Shown: positions 39,463 to 52,800 of the stretch, in pieces
How positions within the stretch are numbered: the stretch's first letter is position 1
Layout of the letters: the number at the start of each line of letters is the position of its first letter
Assembly (NCBI RefSeq): GCF_009834535.1
Contig: NC_045696.1
Coordinates: forward strand, 7,380,001 to 7,444,000
Direction: 5' to 3'
Origin: Camelus ferus
Lineage: Eukaryota
DNA length: 64,000 nucleotides
Program-made: the position numbers and the translations under genes
The notes under the pieces: model-generated
Told to the model about the DNA's origin: nothing
The model's database searches: none
What the model saw: only the letters and a program-made list of their open reading frames with translations

Positions 39463-40829
39463 CTACCATTAGATTAGAGAACATAAGTATTTTAAAACTG
39501 AAGAAATGAAACTATTTTAAGTTTGTTAAAACAAATATTCTAAACCTGGTTCAAGTTTCTCCTTAAATGACATATAATGAAAGAATTACCAGAACTTAAT
39601 TATAATTTCTCTCAGGTGAGCATGAACTAAAATTAAACTCTTGGATTTGAAAACAGAGTAACAAAATGACAGTAAAATTATGTACCTAAAATGATACTTT
39701 TCTCAGATACAAAACTTTCCACATGGCTTACTGCTTAAGCCATATACAAGCACAGAGCCAGGTTACCTAGATGTATATACCTGGTGTCCTGTCCGTGGCA
39801 AACAGAGGAAAGGAGCTCAAGGAATCACTCCAAGGCTGTGCCCTACTGAATTTAAAGGCTTCAGAGAAGTTGTTCTCATCGAGGGCGTGAAAAGCCTCTA
39901 GGGTGTGTTTTTAAAACTTCAGACTCTCTGACTTCCCCATGAGCCAACTGGCCATTTTTTATATAAAAGTCACTCCAGGAAATGTTGGAAGTGCTGTGTT
40001 TTAATCCAGGTGTCAGTACCCTGACAGTGCCACCAGGCAAAGCTGCTTGCCAAGTGGTGGCAAATGGGAACTGAACGACTCGGGAGTGCAGATGCAGGCA
40101 GAGCGTCCACAAAGTAGAAGTACTTTGAGTTTTTTCTCCTTTTTCTCAGAAGCAGCTGCACAGTTGATATTTAATTGAAAGACTCATGTTTGCAGACTGC
40201 ATAAGCTAAGCTGCTTCTTATTTTCCCAGAACAATCATAGACACATATGCTAATAACATTTACTTCTCAATTAGAAAAACAAAGACAACTATGTTTCAGG
40301 AATTAAATAGAACATAGCCAGAGGTCATTATTTTTATTTTTGTCTCAGTAGTTTCTCAAATAGTATACATTTGAGACACTGATACATATTCTTCTGGGGG
40401 AAGGAGAGACAGCAGATTCTTAATAAATGGATTATTTTCAAGTTTCTTTTCTAGCATTGGCAAATATGTTTTACAGTTGGCTACTTCATGGTACATCACT
40501 TCATTAAACATGATGAAGCCATTCGAAGTGTAGAGCATGGGAAATGACTGAATTATGTTAAGTAAGGAAAGCAGGTTACAAAACGTGGTATACGCTGTGA
40601 GTACAGCTACTTAACAGCATAAGGTAAGGGTGAAAAATGTAAACGCTACAGGTGAGGAAAGAGTGGTTGTTCCAGGGGGGAGGGGTAATGGGCGAAAGGA
40701 TACGCCTTAGCCTCCACATTCTTCTGCCTTTCATTGCACATGTCATGCATGTGAACACACGAATGTGATTAAACACAAAATGAATGACCTCCTGCCATAC
40801 CTGTCCATCACCAAGTGACCTGAACTCAC

Positions 40830-40926
40830 CTCTGCATCCACAGCCCTTCGAAGACTCTCCTCATAATCTTCTTTCCCTTTCTTTATACACTCTTCTATTT
40901 TCATTTTCTCATTTGTAAATGTATTA
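40830..40926 (-). CDS. TTC3: TTC3 coding exon (97 nt, phase 2-0), NTFTNEKMKIEECIKKGKEDYEESLRRAVDAE
   Basis: ttacag acceptor, gtgagt donor. Confidence 0.93.
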
Positions 40927-41887
40927 CTGTAAATATTAAGGGAAAAAAACTTACTGAAAAAAACTTAACCAGTGAGATTATAAAGGCTGAAACCAGATCA
41001 GCTTTGAAGTCTTCTGACAGCCACAAATAGACCTATATAACTGCTTCTAGAGTAACTTCTTGTCTAATATGTGACTACACAAGACCTACAGTGCTCTTTG
41101 CACTTTACAAATGATCAAAGGAAGATATTAAATTAAAAGCGAGTATCTGGTAGGAATGCTGAGAAACTGGTTCACCATTTTTATGAGGTTAAGTGAAGTA
41201 TAATCTGGCTATATTAATAAACTTTATAGAACATCCCTCATCCTTTGAGTCAGAAATTCTATTTTGACACATATAAAGGGTAATAACCCAAAGGAAAAAA
41301 GGGATCTGTACCAAGTTGTTCATGGCAATACATTAATAATAGTTTAAAAAAAAAAAAAAGCCATGGACCATGATTTGAACGGAAATGTTTATAAAACAAT
41401 ATTAAATGAGAAAAGCAGGATACAACTGCTTACTACTGAGTATACTGGTTACTAGTATGTGCAAACACTATTTCCATTAATAAAATTTAAAAGGAAACTT
41501 TTAATAGGTTCACAGTAAGAATTCTTTGATAAATCTGTAATTGCAGAGCAACAAACTAGCATAATATAGTTGAGACTGTTATCTCAAGTAACTCAAAAAG
41601 TTTTTAAAATACATTTTTAGTTTCAAATTAATTAAAAGGAAAATGAGTAGTTCAAGACTTTTTAAACCGATACTGTGAAATAAAAGTGTAAAATAAACTA
41701 AAGATACTTAAAAGGTAAATTTAGTTAAATATTAATTTAAAGAATAAAATAGAAACAAAATTTTAAAAAGAAACATAATTATTTAAAAGAGACAAGCAAA
41801 AATATATTTGGATGTCTAAATATATTAGACTTGTGCCTCTAGTATTAAAAGTATAAGATATTAAAATAAATTTAAGCTTTAATTTGC

Positions 41888-41956
41888 CTGATTTCGAGGG
41901 ACAGATCCAGAAGTAATTCAAGTTCCTTTTCCTTTCCATCATTTTCTAGGGTGTAC
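41888..41956 (-). CDS. TTC3: TTC3 coding exon (69 nt, phase 2-2), YTLENDGKEKELELLLDLSLEI(S); ends at a GC donor
   Basis: tcgtag acceptor; AG|gcaaat donor; length and phase fit both neighbours. Confidence 0.85.
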
Positions 41957-42190
41957 CTACGAAAGCATGATCACCAAATTTTAATTAATTTTCAAAGAAT
42001 TTTAAAAATACAACCCACAAAGTAAATTCTACCTACATCCATGCAAACATTTCTCAAATTCTTTTCATTTCTTTTTGTTTCATATCTAATAACTTCTGAA
42101 TAGGAAAAGAATTTGGGACATTTTCCTTCTAAACCTGGACAGCTCATCACCTTTTTTGTCACTCTAAGCCGTGTGCCTGCAGCACAGTTG

Positions 42191-42210
42191 CCCCCCCCCC
42201 CCCCCCCCCC
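42191..42210. repeat. C20 homopolymer (G20 on the TTC3 sense strand)
   Basis: Direct reading. Confidence 0.95.
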
Positions 42211-42354
42211 GTCCTCTGTAAGAAGCACCTCCAGCTGGTTCAATGCAAGACAGAGGAGCACAGGTGTGGCTGGGTCATCATCAGTGACGAGTGGTTCTCA
42301 CTCAAAATGAAAACAGCCTTCTATTTTTAAAAACAGGACTTAAAGTCCAATTAA

Positions 42355-42377
42355 ACACACACACACACACACACACA
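42355..42377. repeat. (AC)n microsatellite
   Basis: Direct reading. Confidence 0.9.
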
Positions 42378-43324
42378 TTCATGCATGCACACAGTCGGGT
42401 AATTCTTCAAGACAAAGTGTGTAAATCTTTGATTCTTAAGCAATGCCCTGCATCAGATAGGTTCTGCTTTTTTCATGCTCCCCTACACACCTCTTTAGTC
42501 ATCTCTACTTGCTAAAAAATCCCGTTTCCAATAACAACCAGTTTAAGTGCCATTTCACTTCTTTTGTAAAACAGTTCTAAATACTCAATACTGGGTAGCT
42601 CTTCATGGAATTTCTGCCTCCTTTCATAATTTCCTCCGATTTGCATCACTGCACCAACCAGAGCTCCTCCTGACTATTCATTTCTTAAAGAACACTAAGT
42701 ATCATCTAAAGCATAGAAAAATCAATGAAGGCATCCCTCATATCCTCTGTGGTTCTCTAAGAGATCCAAAAAGTTTTAAGGTTTAAATATAAAAATTTAG
42801 CTTTAAAGCATTTATTAGGAAAGTGCATAAAGCAAAGAGAAGCCTATAGCCTAGCTTTAAATTGTGACAGAAAAAAGGAAAGAAATATACTAATAAAGTG
42901 AAAAAAACAATAAAAAGTTTATTCCTAGCAGAAATTGTTAAATTTTTATGCTAGCACAGGAAAAAAAATTTATCAACAGCCTCATTTATTTTGTCTAGTT
43001 TGATAGTATGTTTGAATTGAACATACAAAAATTATGTATTAAAATATTTCAGAATTTTTGAGTAACTTAACAAGACTAGACCTGCTCAAACAGTAAGAAG
43101 TAAAAAGCTTCAAAGACATTATCATTTCTATAAATGCTTCCTTCTGATGAGACTACTTTGAGCATAATCAAAAGTACATGACACAGGCAGTGTTTTACAT
43201 TCATCCTTCTTTAAAGGACTACCTAAAAACTGCCCCAAAATGGAATGCTAGCAAGACTCATAATGAAAGGCGCTTGATCATACAGCATGGCAAATGAGAA
43301 CGACATAAATGCCCTGAAAGGTGA

Positions 43325-43800
43325 GTGTGGACAGTGCTGCCCCTGGTGAACCATGCCTCCCATATTCATGCCCTTCAGTCTGGACCAGACCTGCAAGCTG
43401 CTTGAAACAAGATGTGGCAGAAGTGATACTCTGACAGTTCTGGGCCTGAACCTTCAGAAGGCCTGGCAGCTTCCACTTCTGTGCTCTTGGAAGCCCTGAA
43501 CCACCCCATAAGAGGTCTGGCTACCATGCTGGAGACCCCATGGAGAGATCACATAGACCAAAGTCACATGGAGAAGCCCCGAAACCGCCTGGAGAGAAAG
43601 AGGCCTAGCCATCCCAGCTCCCAGCTGAGCCCAGCTCCAGCCAATTCCCAACCAACGCAGCCGCGTGAGGGACCACGGACAAGACCAGCAGAGGAACGGC
43701 CCAGCCAAACTCAGCCCAGATCGCGAGATCAGGATCAAATAAAAATTAACTTAAGCCACTGAGTTTCAGAAGTTTTGTCCAACAGTAGTAGCTAATAATT
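43325..43800. mobile_element. MaLR solo LTR (MLT1-type)
   Basis: gtggcagaagtgat, gaaggcctggcagcttccact, ttaagccactgagttt motifs. Confidence 0.75.
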
Positions 43801-44341
43801 AAGCTGAGGAGTCATAGGACGTATCCCCGTTTAGGGAAAGAGGGGTTAGGAATGGACCACAAAGATATCAAAGCGAACCCGGCCCGTCTGACCACTGTCC
43901 TGCCTGTGTGCATTACCTAACCCTCACACTACTGGACCAAATCTTAGTAATTTAAAGATTTAGGATGAAAGTAATCATAAATAAAGTGATCATCACAGAA
44001 TCTTAGTGCTGGGAAGAATGCTGGATCTAGACAAACTCCCTCATTTTACAGATAAGGAAAAAGGTTCATAGTAAGAGGTGGCGTTCAGGCTGAAAGGAAG
44101 TCAGTTCTTTGTTAATCTGCAGTCCCATTTTTATTTATCTGTAAGCACGGTAGGTTTAGAGTAAGTTTTAGATGAGATAATTCCCCAAGGGATATTCTTT
44201 AAAACGAAATGAAAACAGAATCTAAAATTTTCACTTTACTTGATATAATTTGAAACTGAGTATCAAAAATGTTAAAATAACCCAAAACACCCCAATTAAA
44301 AAAATAAAGATAAAAATCACTGCCTTTCAATTGTTACTTAC

Positions 44342-44481
44342 ATTTCACTGGCATTTAAGACCTTTTTCATTTTCTTCTTCAGTGCTTTTGTCCTTTCTTG
44401 GATTTCTTTTTTCTCCTGTTGCCATTTTTTAATTTCCTTTTCCAAATCTTCAAGGAACCAGTCTAATTCTGTCTTTGAGAT
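44342..44481 (-). CDS. TTC3: TTC3 coding exon (140 nt, phase 0-2), ISKTELDWFLEDLEKEIKKWQQEKKEIQERTKALKKKMKKVLNASE(M)
   Basis: ttttag acceptor, gtaagt donor; recognisable TTC3 coiled coil. Confidence 0.93.
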
Positions 44482-44528
44482 CTAAAAACATTTTAGAATA
44501 CCTAAATAAATAGGAAGACTTACTTTTT

Positions 44529-44651
44529 TTAAGACATTTTTTTGAGTTATAGTCGTTTTACAATGTTGTGTCAAATTCCAGTGTTAGAGCACAATTTTCA
44601 GTTATACATGAACATACATATATTGTCACTCTTTTTTTTTTTTGCTGTGAG
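44529..44651 (-). mobile_element. About 120-bp L1 3'-terminal fragment (camelid-type) with 18-bp TSD
   Basis: taggaaga[c/t]ttacttttt at 44511-44528 and 44652-44669; close match to the copy at 47459-47595. Confidence 0.85.
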
Positions 44652-47339
44652 TAGGAAGATTTACTTTTTAAAAAAAGAGCCTGAAAGACCAGAATTGTGG
44701 AGTGCTGGCTTAATCAATGACTCCAGTTCAGCAGAAACACCCTCAAGAGCTGGCTGTAGCAGGCTGCCAGCTTGGCTGCACGTGGGACACAAAGTCGCAC
44801 CATACACAGCCGCAGCGGCCCTCATCTGCCCTCACCGAATCACGCTGGATGGGAGGCCATTAAACAAGGATGGACAGAGACATGATCATCTGGTACTTGG
44901 GAACGGCTTCTCAAAATCAGATATTTGATCTCTGTCTTCATAGATGAGTCTGTCACACGGAGAATGAACTCCAAGCAGTGGGAACAGCAAGGCAGAAGGA
45001 TAAAAGAGTAAGGCATGTCTGTACGAGAAAGCAAGAGGAGCTACCTGCTGGAGCACGGGGCGGACGTATGGAAGTCAGGGCAGGAAAAACAGCACCTGAG
45101 GTGCCTTGCATTAAAATTATGAAGGGCCCTGTAAGCCACGCTAAGGAGTGTGGACTTTATCCTGCAGACAACACGGAGTCAGCAGACTCGGCAGTGACAT
45201 GATGAGATTTTTATTTTAGAAAAATAACTCTGAAAGACCCAGAGGTATATTAGGAGTGGGTGAGAGAGTACATGAAAGTGTTAAGACCAGAACAGTGGCT
45301 TTCACATTTTCTTGACTGTGACCCATAACAGCAAATATATTTTAATAATGATCACAGCATATGTATATACCTATGTATGTGTACATGGACACACACACAA
45401 AACTTTAAAAAAAATTGCCTTCGCTTTGAGATGTCTTCTGGTATCTCTACTCTTTTCAGAAAAGCAATTTTAGTCACCATGACTGTACTGATTTCATAGC
45501 CCTTTATGAATTACAACCTTTAATGTTAAGGACTCTGTAATTAGAAGGTAAAAATCTCACTGCAATAGCCCAGGTGAGAGACGATGAGGATGATGGTGGC
45601 AACTGTAGGGATGACAAAAAGAAACAAAGGAAACTTTAGAAGACTGGGATGGGTAAGACCATGTGTCCAGTTCAACATAAGAGGTAGGGCGGAAGGTGAC
45701 AGAGCTAAAAGTAAGCTTCTACCCTCAATAACTAACTCAACAAAATTCTATGAACAAAAAAAAAAAAGAGAGTATGGAAGCTGTACCAGCCTAGGAGGCA
45801 CAGGAAACGGAAATTAACCTAGATATGTGTATTTTTATAAATTTAGGAATGAAAAAATATATACAAGAACTCGGTAATTTTGACCCTGCAAACATTCTGA
45901 TGGGACAGGGCAGAAATTTGTGTTTGACAAAGACTGAGACTGGAAATCAAAGGAATAAAACAGTGAATTCAAATAGCCTTTCAGCATAACCACACAGAGA
46001 GGAATATTCTAAGTCTTGTTTATTCACACATCTTCAAACAGGCTGTTCTAGCACAGGTGAGCAAACCATCAAGCCTGCTGGATTTTCATGAAAATGAGAG
46101 GCTGTGCCCTGCGGCTCTGGACGGTTAGGAGCACCACCACCCGCCACACAGCTTCTGCTACCAGCTGTCTTATGCAGACATCACCTTTTGAAACTTCTTC
46201 TAAACCTACAAATTCTCTAAAAGTTTTTTGTCATTTTTTGAAGTGTCATCTCTTTAATGCTAGCAGACACATAGGTGGCGCGCACGCTTGTAAATGCCAG
46301 TCATTTATAAATAAAATATTCTCCATATTAATATTTCTAACAATTACCATGTGAGTCAGAATGGAGCATCTTTACACTACACTGAAAGAAACAAGTTTAA
46401 ACGTTAATATTTTCCAGTTTGAAATTCTTACTAGTATCAACAACTGCTTAATGAAATCCTAACTTCATTTTTGCTTTAGGGAACCTTATTTTCCACCTCC
46501 TATCAGGTTCCCTGTAGCCTGAACTTCCTGCTTAGGCTTAGAAGGTGACCAGGTCACCGAGGACAAAAGTTCAGCCACAGAAACTCGAGTCCTCCTTCCT
46601 CAGAGAGCACGGTGTACCCAAAGTCAACCTACGCAGGCCCCGTGGAAAATGATAGCTCTCTTGTCAAAAGTGTCACGGAGTTAGGACACTTCTCCCTTGT
46701 CCGCCTCAGACACCAAGGTTCCAGATGTCCCTGGGAGGCAGATTCGCTAACCAGTCCAGGTCCTTAATGACTTTCGAGTCCTACCACAGGAGTAGGGTTG
46801 ATTTCAGTGGCCTTGAGATGCACAGGCCAACTGTTCTTAGGCAGCAGAAGTTCAACAGTTCAGCGACACTCCCTTTAGCATGGGGACAGTTTGAACTCAC
46901 ACATTCCTTGCTGCAACCTTGCTAATCCTGATTTGTTGAGTCATTACTGTGGCTGAGGTGACCACCACTCCTACTCTACTTAAGATCCTGTATTCCACCT
47001 GGCTCACATCTACTGCCACAACCAGTGTCCACATGCACACCTCGCTGCTGGTGGCCAAGCCAACCTTGTTTCCCGCCTACCCTGTGCATCTATTCTGAGC
47101 CAATGACTTCACCTCAGGTTCAGCCCTTCGGCTGGGAGATGACGTACAACCTTAAGGTCATACTGGGGCATAAGAACCTACTCGGCCTCCAGCACCTAAA
47201 GGAGTTCAAGTATCAAAGGCACAAGGCATTATAAACACACACACTTTTATCTCAGCCCCAGAAAATGCTACATGAGTTCATCTGACGTTTGCACTAACCA
47301 CCCCTTAATGACACAGCTGGCCGGGCAGCTATCATGAGC

Positions 47340-48830
47340 TTGTCTCTGGCTACATGACACCAAAAGCATAAGCAACAAAAGAAAAAATAGAGAAACTGGA
47401 CTACGCTGAAATTTAAAACTTGGGTGCTGCAAACAATACCATCAAGAAAGTAAAAAGAGTGGCTCACAGTGAAACAGAATGTGACAATGAATTTATGTAT
47501 GTTCATGTATAACTGAAAAATTGTGCTCTGCACTGGAATTTGACACAACATTGTAAAATGACTATAACTCAAAAAAAAAGGTAAAAAAATTGAAAAAAAA
47601 AGTAAAAAGATAACCTATAAAATGGGAGATAGGAGAAATATATTTGCAAATATGGCAGATGGAAAAGCAGTGGGGGCTGGGAGGGGTAGGGAATTAATTA
47701 GGAGTTCGGAATCAACATACACACTACTATATATAAAATAGATAAACAACAAGGAAAAAGCACAGGAAACTAATCCAATGTCTTGTAATAACCTATAATG
47801 GAAACCTGAAGAAGAATAGATAGATATAACTGTTACGTATAACTGAATCACTTTGCTGTACATCTGACACTAATACAACATTGTAAATTAACTAATTTCA
47901 ATTTTTAAAAATGGTGAAAAATATGCAGAATAGGAGAAAATATTTCTAAATCATATATATGAAACTCTTAATTCAATAATAGAAAGACAAATAATCAAAT
48001 TAACAAATGGGCAAAGGATTAAAACAGGTATTTCTCCAAATTCTCCAAAGACACACGAATGGAATAGCACATGTAAGATGATCAGCACTTTAGGGAAATG
48101 CAAATTAAAACCACAAGGAGAAAACACCTCACACCCATTAGAACAGCTAAAATCAGAAAGATGGATGATAAGAGCGTTGAGAATGTGGGGAGACTGGATC
48201 TCTTGTCCACTGTTGGTGGGAATGTAAGATGGTGTAGCTGTTTGGGAACGGTCTAGCAGTTTCTCAAACCCTTAAATGTGGTGTTAGCATACAACTCAGC
48301 AACTCCACTCCTAGGTATATATCCATAAGAAATGAAAACATACGTCCACAGAAAAACTTGAACTCTGATGCTCACAACAGTATATTCATAATAGTCAAGA
48401 AGTGAAAAGAACTCAAATGTCCATCGACTGATGAACTGATAAAATGTGTCACATCACACAGTAGAGTATCATTCAACATAAAAAGGAAGGACGTACTGAT
48501 ACATGTCACACGGATGGACCTCGAAAACATTATGCGAAGTCAAAGACAGCACTTCACAAAAGACCACATCCGGTATGATTCCACTTACAGAAAATGTCCA
48601 GCATAGGCAAATCCACAGAGTAAATCAGTGGTTGCCTATGGCTTGGGGGGATGGAGGAGACCAGGGAGTGACTGGCAGTGTTAATAAGATTTCTTTCTCC
48701 GGTGATAAAAATGTTCTAAACTTAGATTGTGGTGATTGCTTCACAACTCTGTGCATAATACCAAAAACACTGACTATATACTTTAAATGGATGAATTTTA
48801 CAGTATGAGAATTATATCTCAATAATGATG
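47340..48830 (+). mobile_element. Old L1M (L1MB-like) 3' part with two younger L1 3' fragments nested in it
   Basis: ORF2 end and 3' UTR motifs through tatgagaattatatctcaataa; inserts at about 47459-47595 and 47660-47915. Confidence 0.8.
47459..47595 (+). mobile_element. About 135-bp L1 3'-terminal fragment (camelid-type) with TSD
   Basis: aaagtaaaaaga on both flanks; ends ttgtaaaatgactataactcaaaaaaa. Confidence 0.85.
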
Positions 48831-49199
48831 TTAACAAAATGGTAATTACTGTATAACACAGTGAGGTGTTCATTATAACCACTACATTAACGAGGGTCTT
48901 TAACCAAGACTGAGGTTGCCACCAGTCACTGCTTCCTCAAGAAAGTGATGCCTGAACTGGTCCCAAAGGATGAGCAGGAGTGAGCCAGGCTCCGGGAGGA
49001 AAAAGGCCACTAGATGCAGAAGGAACAGTGCTGGGGAGAGGTCCAAAAGTGAGAAAAATCACATGACAACAATTATTCATTAAGTGTAGAGGACAATGCA
49101 GAGAACTAGTAAGGGAGAAGGCTGAAGATGGAGGTAGGTTTTTAAGTTCTTGGCAATTACTGAGCATTAGTGAATTACTGGTGCTAACCTACTGAGGCA

Positions 49200-49700
49200 G
49201 AGGGATGGCATTCATAGCCCTATCCTTCACCGCCTCCTCCTCGTATCTACACCCTTTGTCATGGGAACTTGGAGCTCCCTTCACTAAAGAGGCAGTCTCT
49301 TTTCCTTACCCCTTGAATCTGGCGGGGCTATGTGACTTGCTTTGCCTAACAGGGATATTAGCAGACCTGATTTAGCAGACTTGAGGAGTGCTTGTGTGAC
49401 AGGCCTTGCTTGCCCTGTACTTCCTGGAAGATGAAAGACATGTGGAGCAAATCTAGTTGCCCCCATTGACCCAGCTGAGGCCATTCCAGATCAGTTCATA
49501 GCCAGCTGACCCCAGATACATGAGCAAGCAGGGCCAAGAACAGCAGAGCCCTAGTTGACCCAAAGGTGAGACAGTCCAGCCAAGCCCACCTGGGATCAGC
49601 TAACCTACAGACTCACACATTTAGTATTTACTGTTACGTGTCACTGAGGTCTTTGTGGGTGGTTGTTACCCGGCATTATCATGGGATCAACTAACTGACA
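49200..49700. mobile_element. MaLR solo LTR (MLT1-type)
   Basis: ccccttgaatctgg...tgtgacttgctttgcc, ccagctgaggcca, ctaactgaca end. Confidence 0.7.
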
Positions 49701-51819
49701 GACTGCTCATGAAGTGCTGAGCAATGTTTTTCAACTGGTTGTGGAAATGACAGTCTCTTGGAGGACAAAAGCAAGGGATTTGGAGTCTGACACTCACCAC
49801 CTGTTCTCCTACTTAGTGCAAGGGTGTCTTGGAGCAAGATGCAGCATCAAATTCTACTCCATAAATTATTCTGGGCCAAAATGATTGACTGTGTTTTAAG
49901 AGTCAATGTCAACTAAAATACCATCTTAGCTATAAGAGAATCTCATTAAAGCACCTTAAGAACATACATCCTAGGAGAGACGGGGAGTGACTGCTGAATG
50001 GGTACAGGGCTTCTTTTTGAGTGATGAAAATGGTTCTGGAATTAGATCATGGTAATGATTATACAACATTGTGAAATATACTGAAAATCACTTAATTGTA
50101 TACTTTATAGTGGTTAAATGTGAATTTTATCTTGATAAAACAAAAAAGAACATATGCCCTTGAGCAATACTGTAACCAGTTATAACCTGCCAGTTGCAGG
50201 TACATTAAAAACCACAGGAGTCTCTGGCTTTAGAATTGCTATTTCCCTCTGGCAGAGACTAGACAACTGGCCTAATTGTCAACAAGGCCATCTCTAGCTC
50301 ATGATAATCAAACCCCATCAGCCATATGCAGTATCGAGCTCAGATGTTTACTGATGCTCTGTAAACACTAAGCGCTCCTCAAGTGCTTTGTAAGTGATTT
50401 TTCTCAAAGAGGGCATGGTGGCATTCTGGGTGGGACAATTCTTCTACTGTACTTATCTCTGGCCATTCCCCACCCTTTTCCAACCACCTCTGTGAGTCCT
50501 CATAGAACTATAAAGTAGAGATTATATTGTTAATGAAGAAACTGAGGGTTGAAGAGGTTGAGTTAATTATCTTGGGTCACAAAGCCATTAAGTGGTGGTG
50601 CTGGAGTCACCAGTCAGGCAGTCTGACTCCAACGCCTGAATTCTCTACAAGGGGGAAAGGTGATTGTGTATCTAATACACCCAAACATGGTATCCAGTAA
50701 CTTTACGTACAAGGATTAGCTCTTAACCTCTGTGATCTAGAGAGTCAAAGGCCAAGGGAGAGATCAATAAAAGCACAAATTTCTTTTTATATTTATAAAA
50801 GATTTTTCCACAAACGAATTATGATCATAATCATGATTAATACAGGAATGGCCACAGCTAAATCTCTACTGCTCTTGTACAGACAACCTAAGGAACTCAG
50901 ATGAGCAATTTATCCTGAGAGGAAACGTGTATACACGTCACATGGGCAGTCTAATGACCTAACCGGCCTGTAATCTGAGGGACTAAATAATGGTTCTTGT
51001 AAAAAAAAAAATGGACTGGCTACTCTTAAGAACAACCACATGGAACCAGACCTCGAGTCTTAGCAAAGTTAAGAAGCAGGTCAGGAGCCGAAGCCCAGCA
51101 GTCAAAGCCGCTGCTCTCTCACAGCCCTCCTCCCTGGGTGCTAACTTACTGAACATTTCTTGGTCAAGTGTACAAAGAAGCTTTGATGAACTGCACTAAA
51201 TACAGGACCCCGTCAGACCAGCAGTTTATAAAGCTGGACAAGCCTCTGCCAGAAAGAAAGAAACCTCAATCACCAGATGCCCATGTTAAATTAAGTGGCT
51301 GTCTGCAAGTCTGCCCTCATCACTTAAGCAGGTGGACACAGGCCTTCCCATACGGATTAAAACTGAAAACTGAACTTTCCTGAGGCAATATGAAGTTTAC
51401 AGAAATATTTTATTTTGTTATGTCCCCAAACAACTTATCCAAACTGGTGTTCTGTAAGTCACTGTGCAGGGTTTTATTTTTGTTCATTTTCTCCTCTTCC
51501 CAATCAAGAAGACTTCAACTAAGGAACTGAACAGAAGGGCTGGTTCCTTCCTTCTAATTCTTCTCATTCTTCAAATCTTCCCCGTCTCATCCCAAGTAAA
51601 AACATATCCTAAGGAATGTTACAACAGTTACTTTTACAAACCAACCCTTTTCTTCTGGGTATACTAAAATCTCAATAAATGAGTTTATTAAGGTCCCAAT
51701 AAGCTGATTTTCTTCTGTTTAACATGTGACCTCAGTTATTGATTCAGCCTTCTGAAACAAACCCTTTCTTTCTTAAATGGACTAACATTCTTATGTTACC
51801 TCTATACAAAAGACCTGTT

Positions 51820-52312
51820 TTTGCAATCCGATTAAAAAATGGGCAGAAGACCTGAACAGACATTTTTCCAAAAAAAACCACATAAAACGTGGTTAACAGG
51901 CACATGAAAAAGATGCTCAACATCACTAATCATGAGAAAAATGCAAACCAAAACCACAATAAGACATCACCTCACACCCATCAGAGTGGCCATCATCAAA
52001 AAGACCACAAATAACAAATGTTGGCAAGGATGTGGAGAAAAGGGAACCCTAGACACTGTTGGTAGAAATGTAAACTGGTGCAGCCACTATGGAAAACAGA
52101 ATGGAGGTTCCTCAAAAAAACTGAAAATAGAGCTACCAACTACCGCATGATCCAGCAATTCTACTCCTGAGTATGTATCTGAAGAACATGAAAACACTAA
52201 TCTGAAAAGACACATGCACCCCAATATTCAGAGCAGCATTATTTACAATAGCCAAGATACGAAACAACCTAAATGTTCATCGATAGACAACTGGATAAAG
52301 AAGTTGTGGTGT

Positions 52313-52351
<39 letters not shown>

Positions 52352-52800
52352 GGAATACTACTCAGCCATAAAAATGAAATTCTGCCACTTGGAAGAACAT
52401 GAATGGACCTAGAGGGTATTATGCTTAGTGAAGTAAGTCAGAGAAAGACAAATACTCTAAGATGTTATCACTTATATTTAGATTCTAAAGTATAAAACAA
52501 ACGAATGAATGTAACAAAACAGAACCAGACTCAGATAAACAGAACAAACTAATGGCTACCAGCAGGGAGAGGGACCGGGGAAGGGGAAAGATAGGAGAAG
52601 GGGATTAAGCAAAACAAACTACTATGTATAAATTAAGTAAGAAACAAGTATATATTGTACAGCACAGAGAAATACAAGCATTATTTTGTAATAACTTTAA
52701 ATGAAGTATAATCTAAAAAATATCAAATCACTATGTTGTATACCTGAAACTAACAATATTGTAAATCAACTAAATCAACTAACTATACTTCAATTTTTTA
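51820..52800 (+). mobile_element. 5'-truncated LINE-1 3' end, antisense to TTC3
   Basis: ORF2 C-terminal peptide ([24 protein letters not shown]) and full 3' UTR; flanks share agacct. Confidence 0.9.
52315..52348. repeat. (AC)17 microsatellite inside L1
   Basis: Direct reading. Confidence 0.95.

Noticed and set aside
51150..51195. Possible 46-nt cryptic exon (tttag...CA|gtaagt) on the minus strand
   Set aside because: Poor pyrimidine tract and no other support; such pairs occur by chance in long introns
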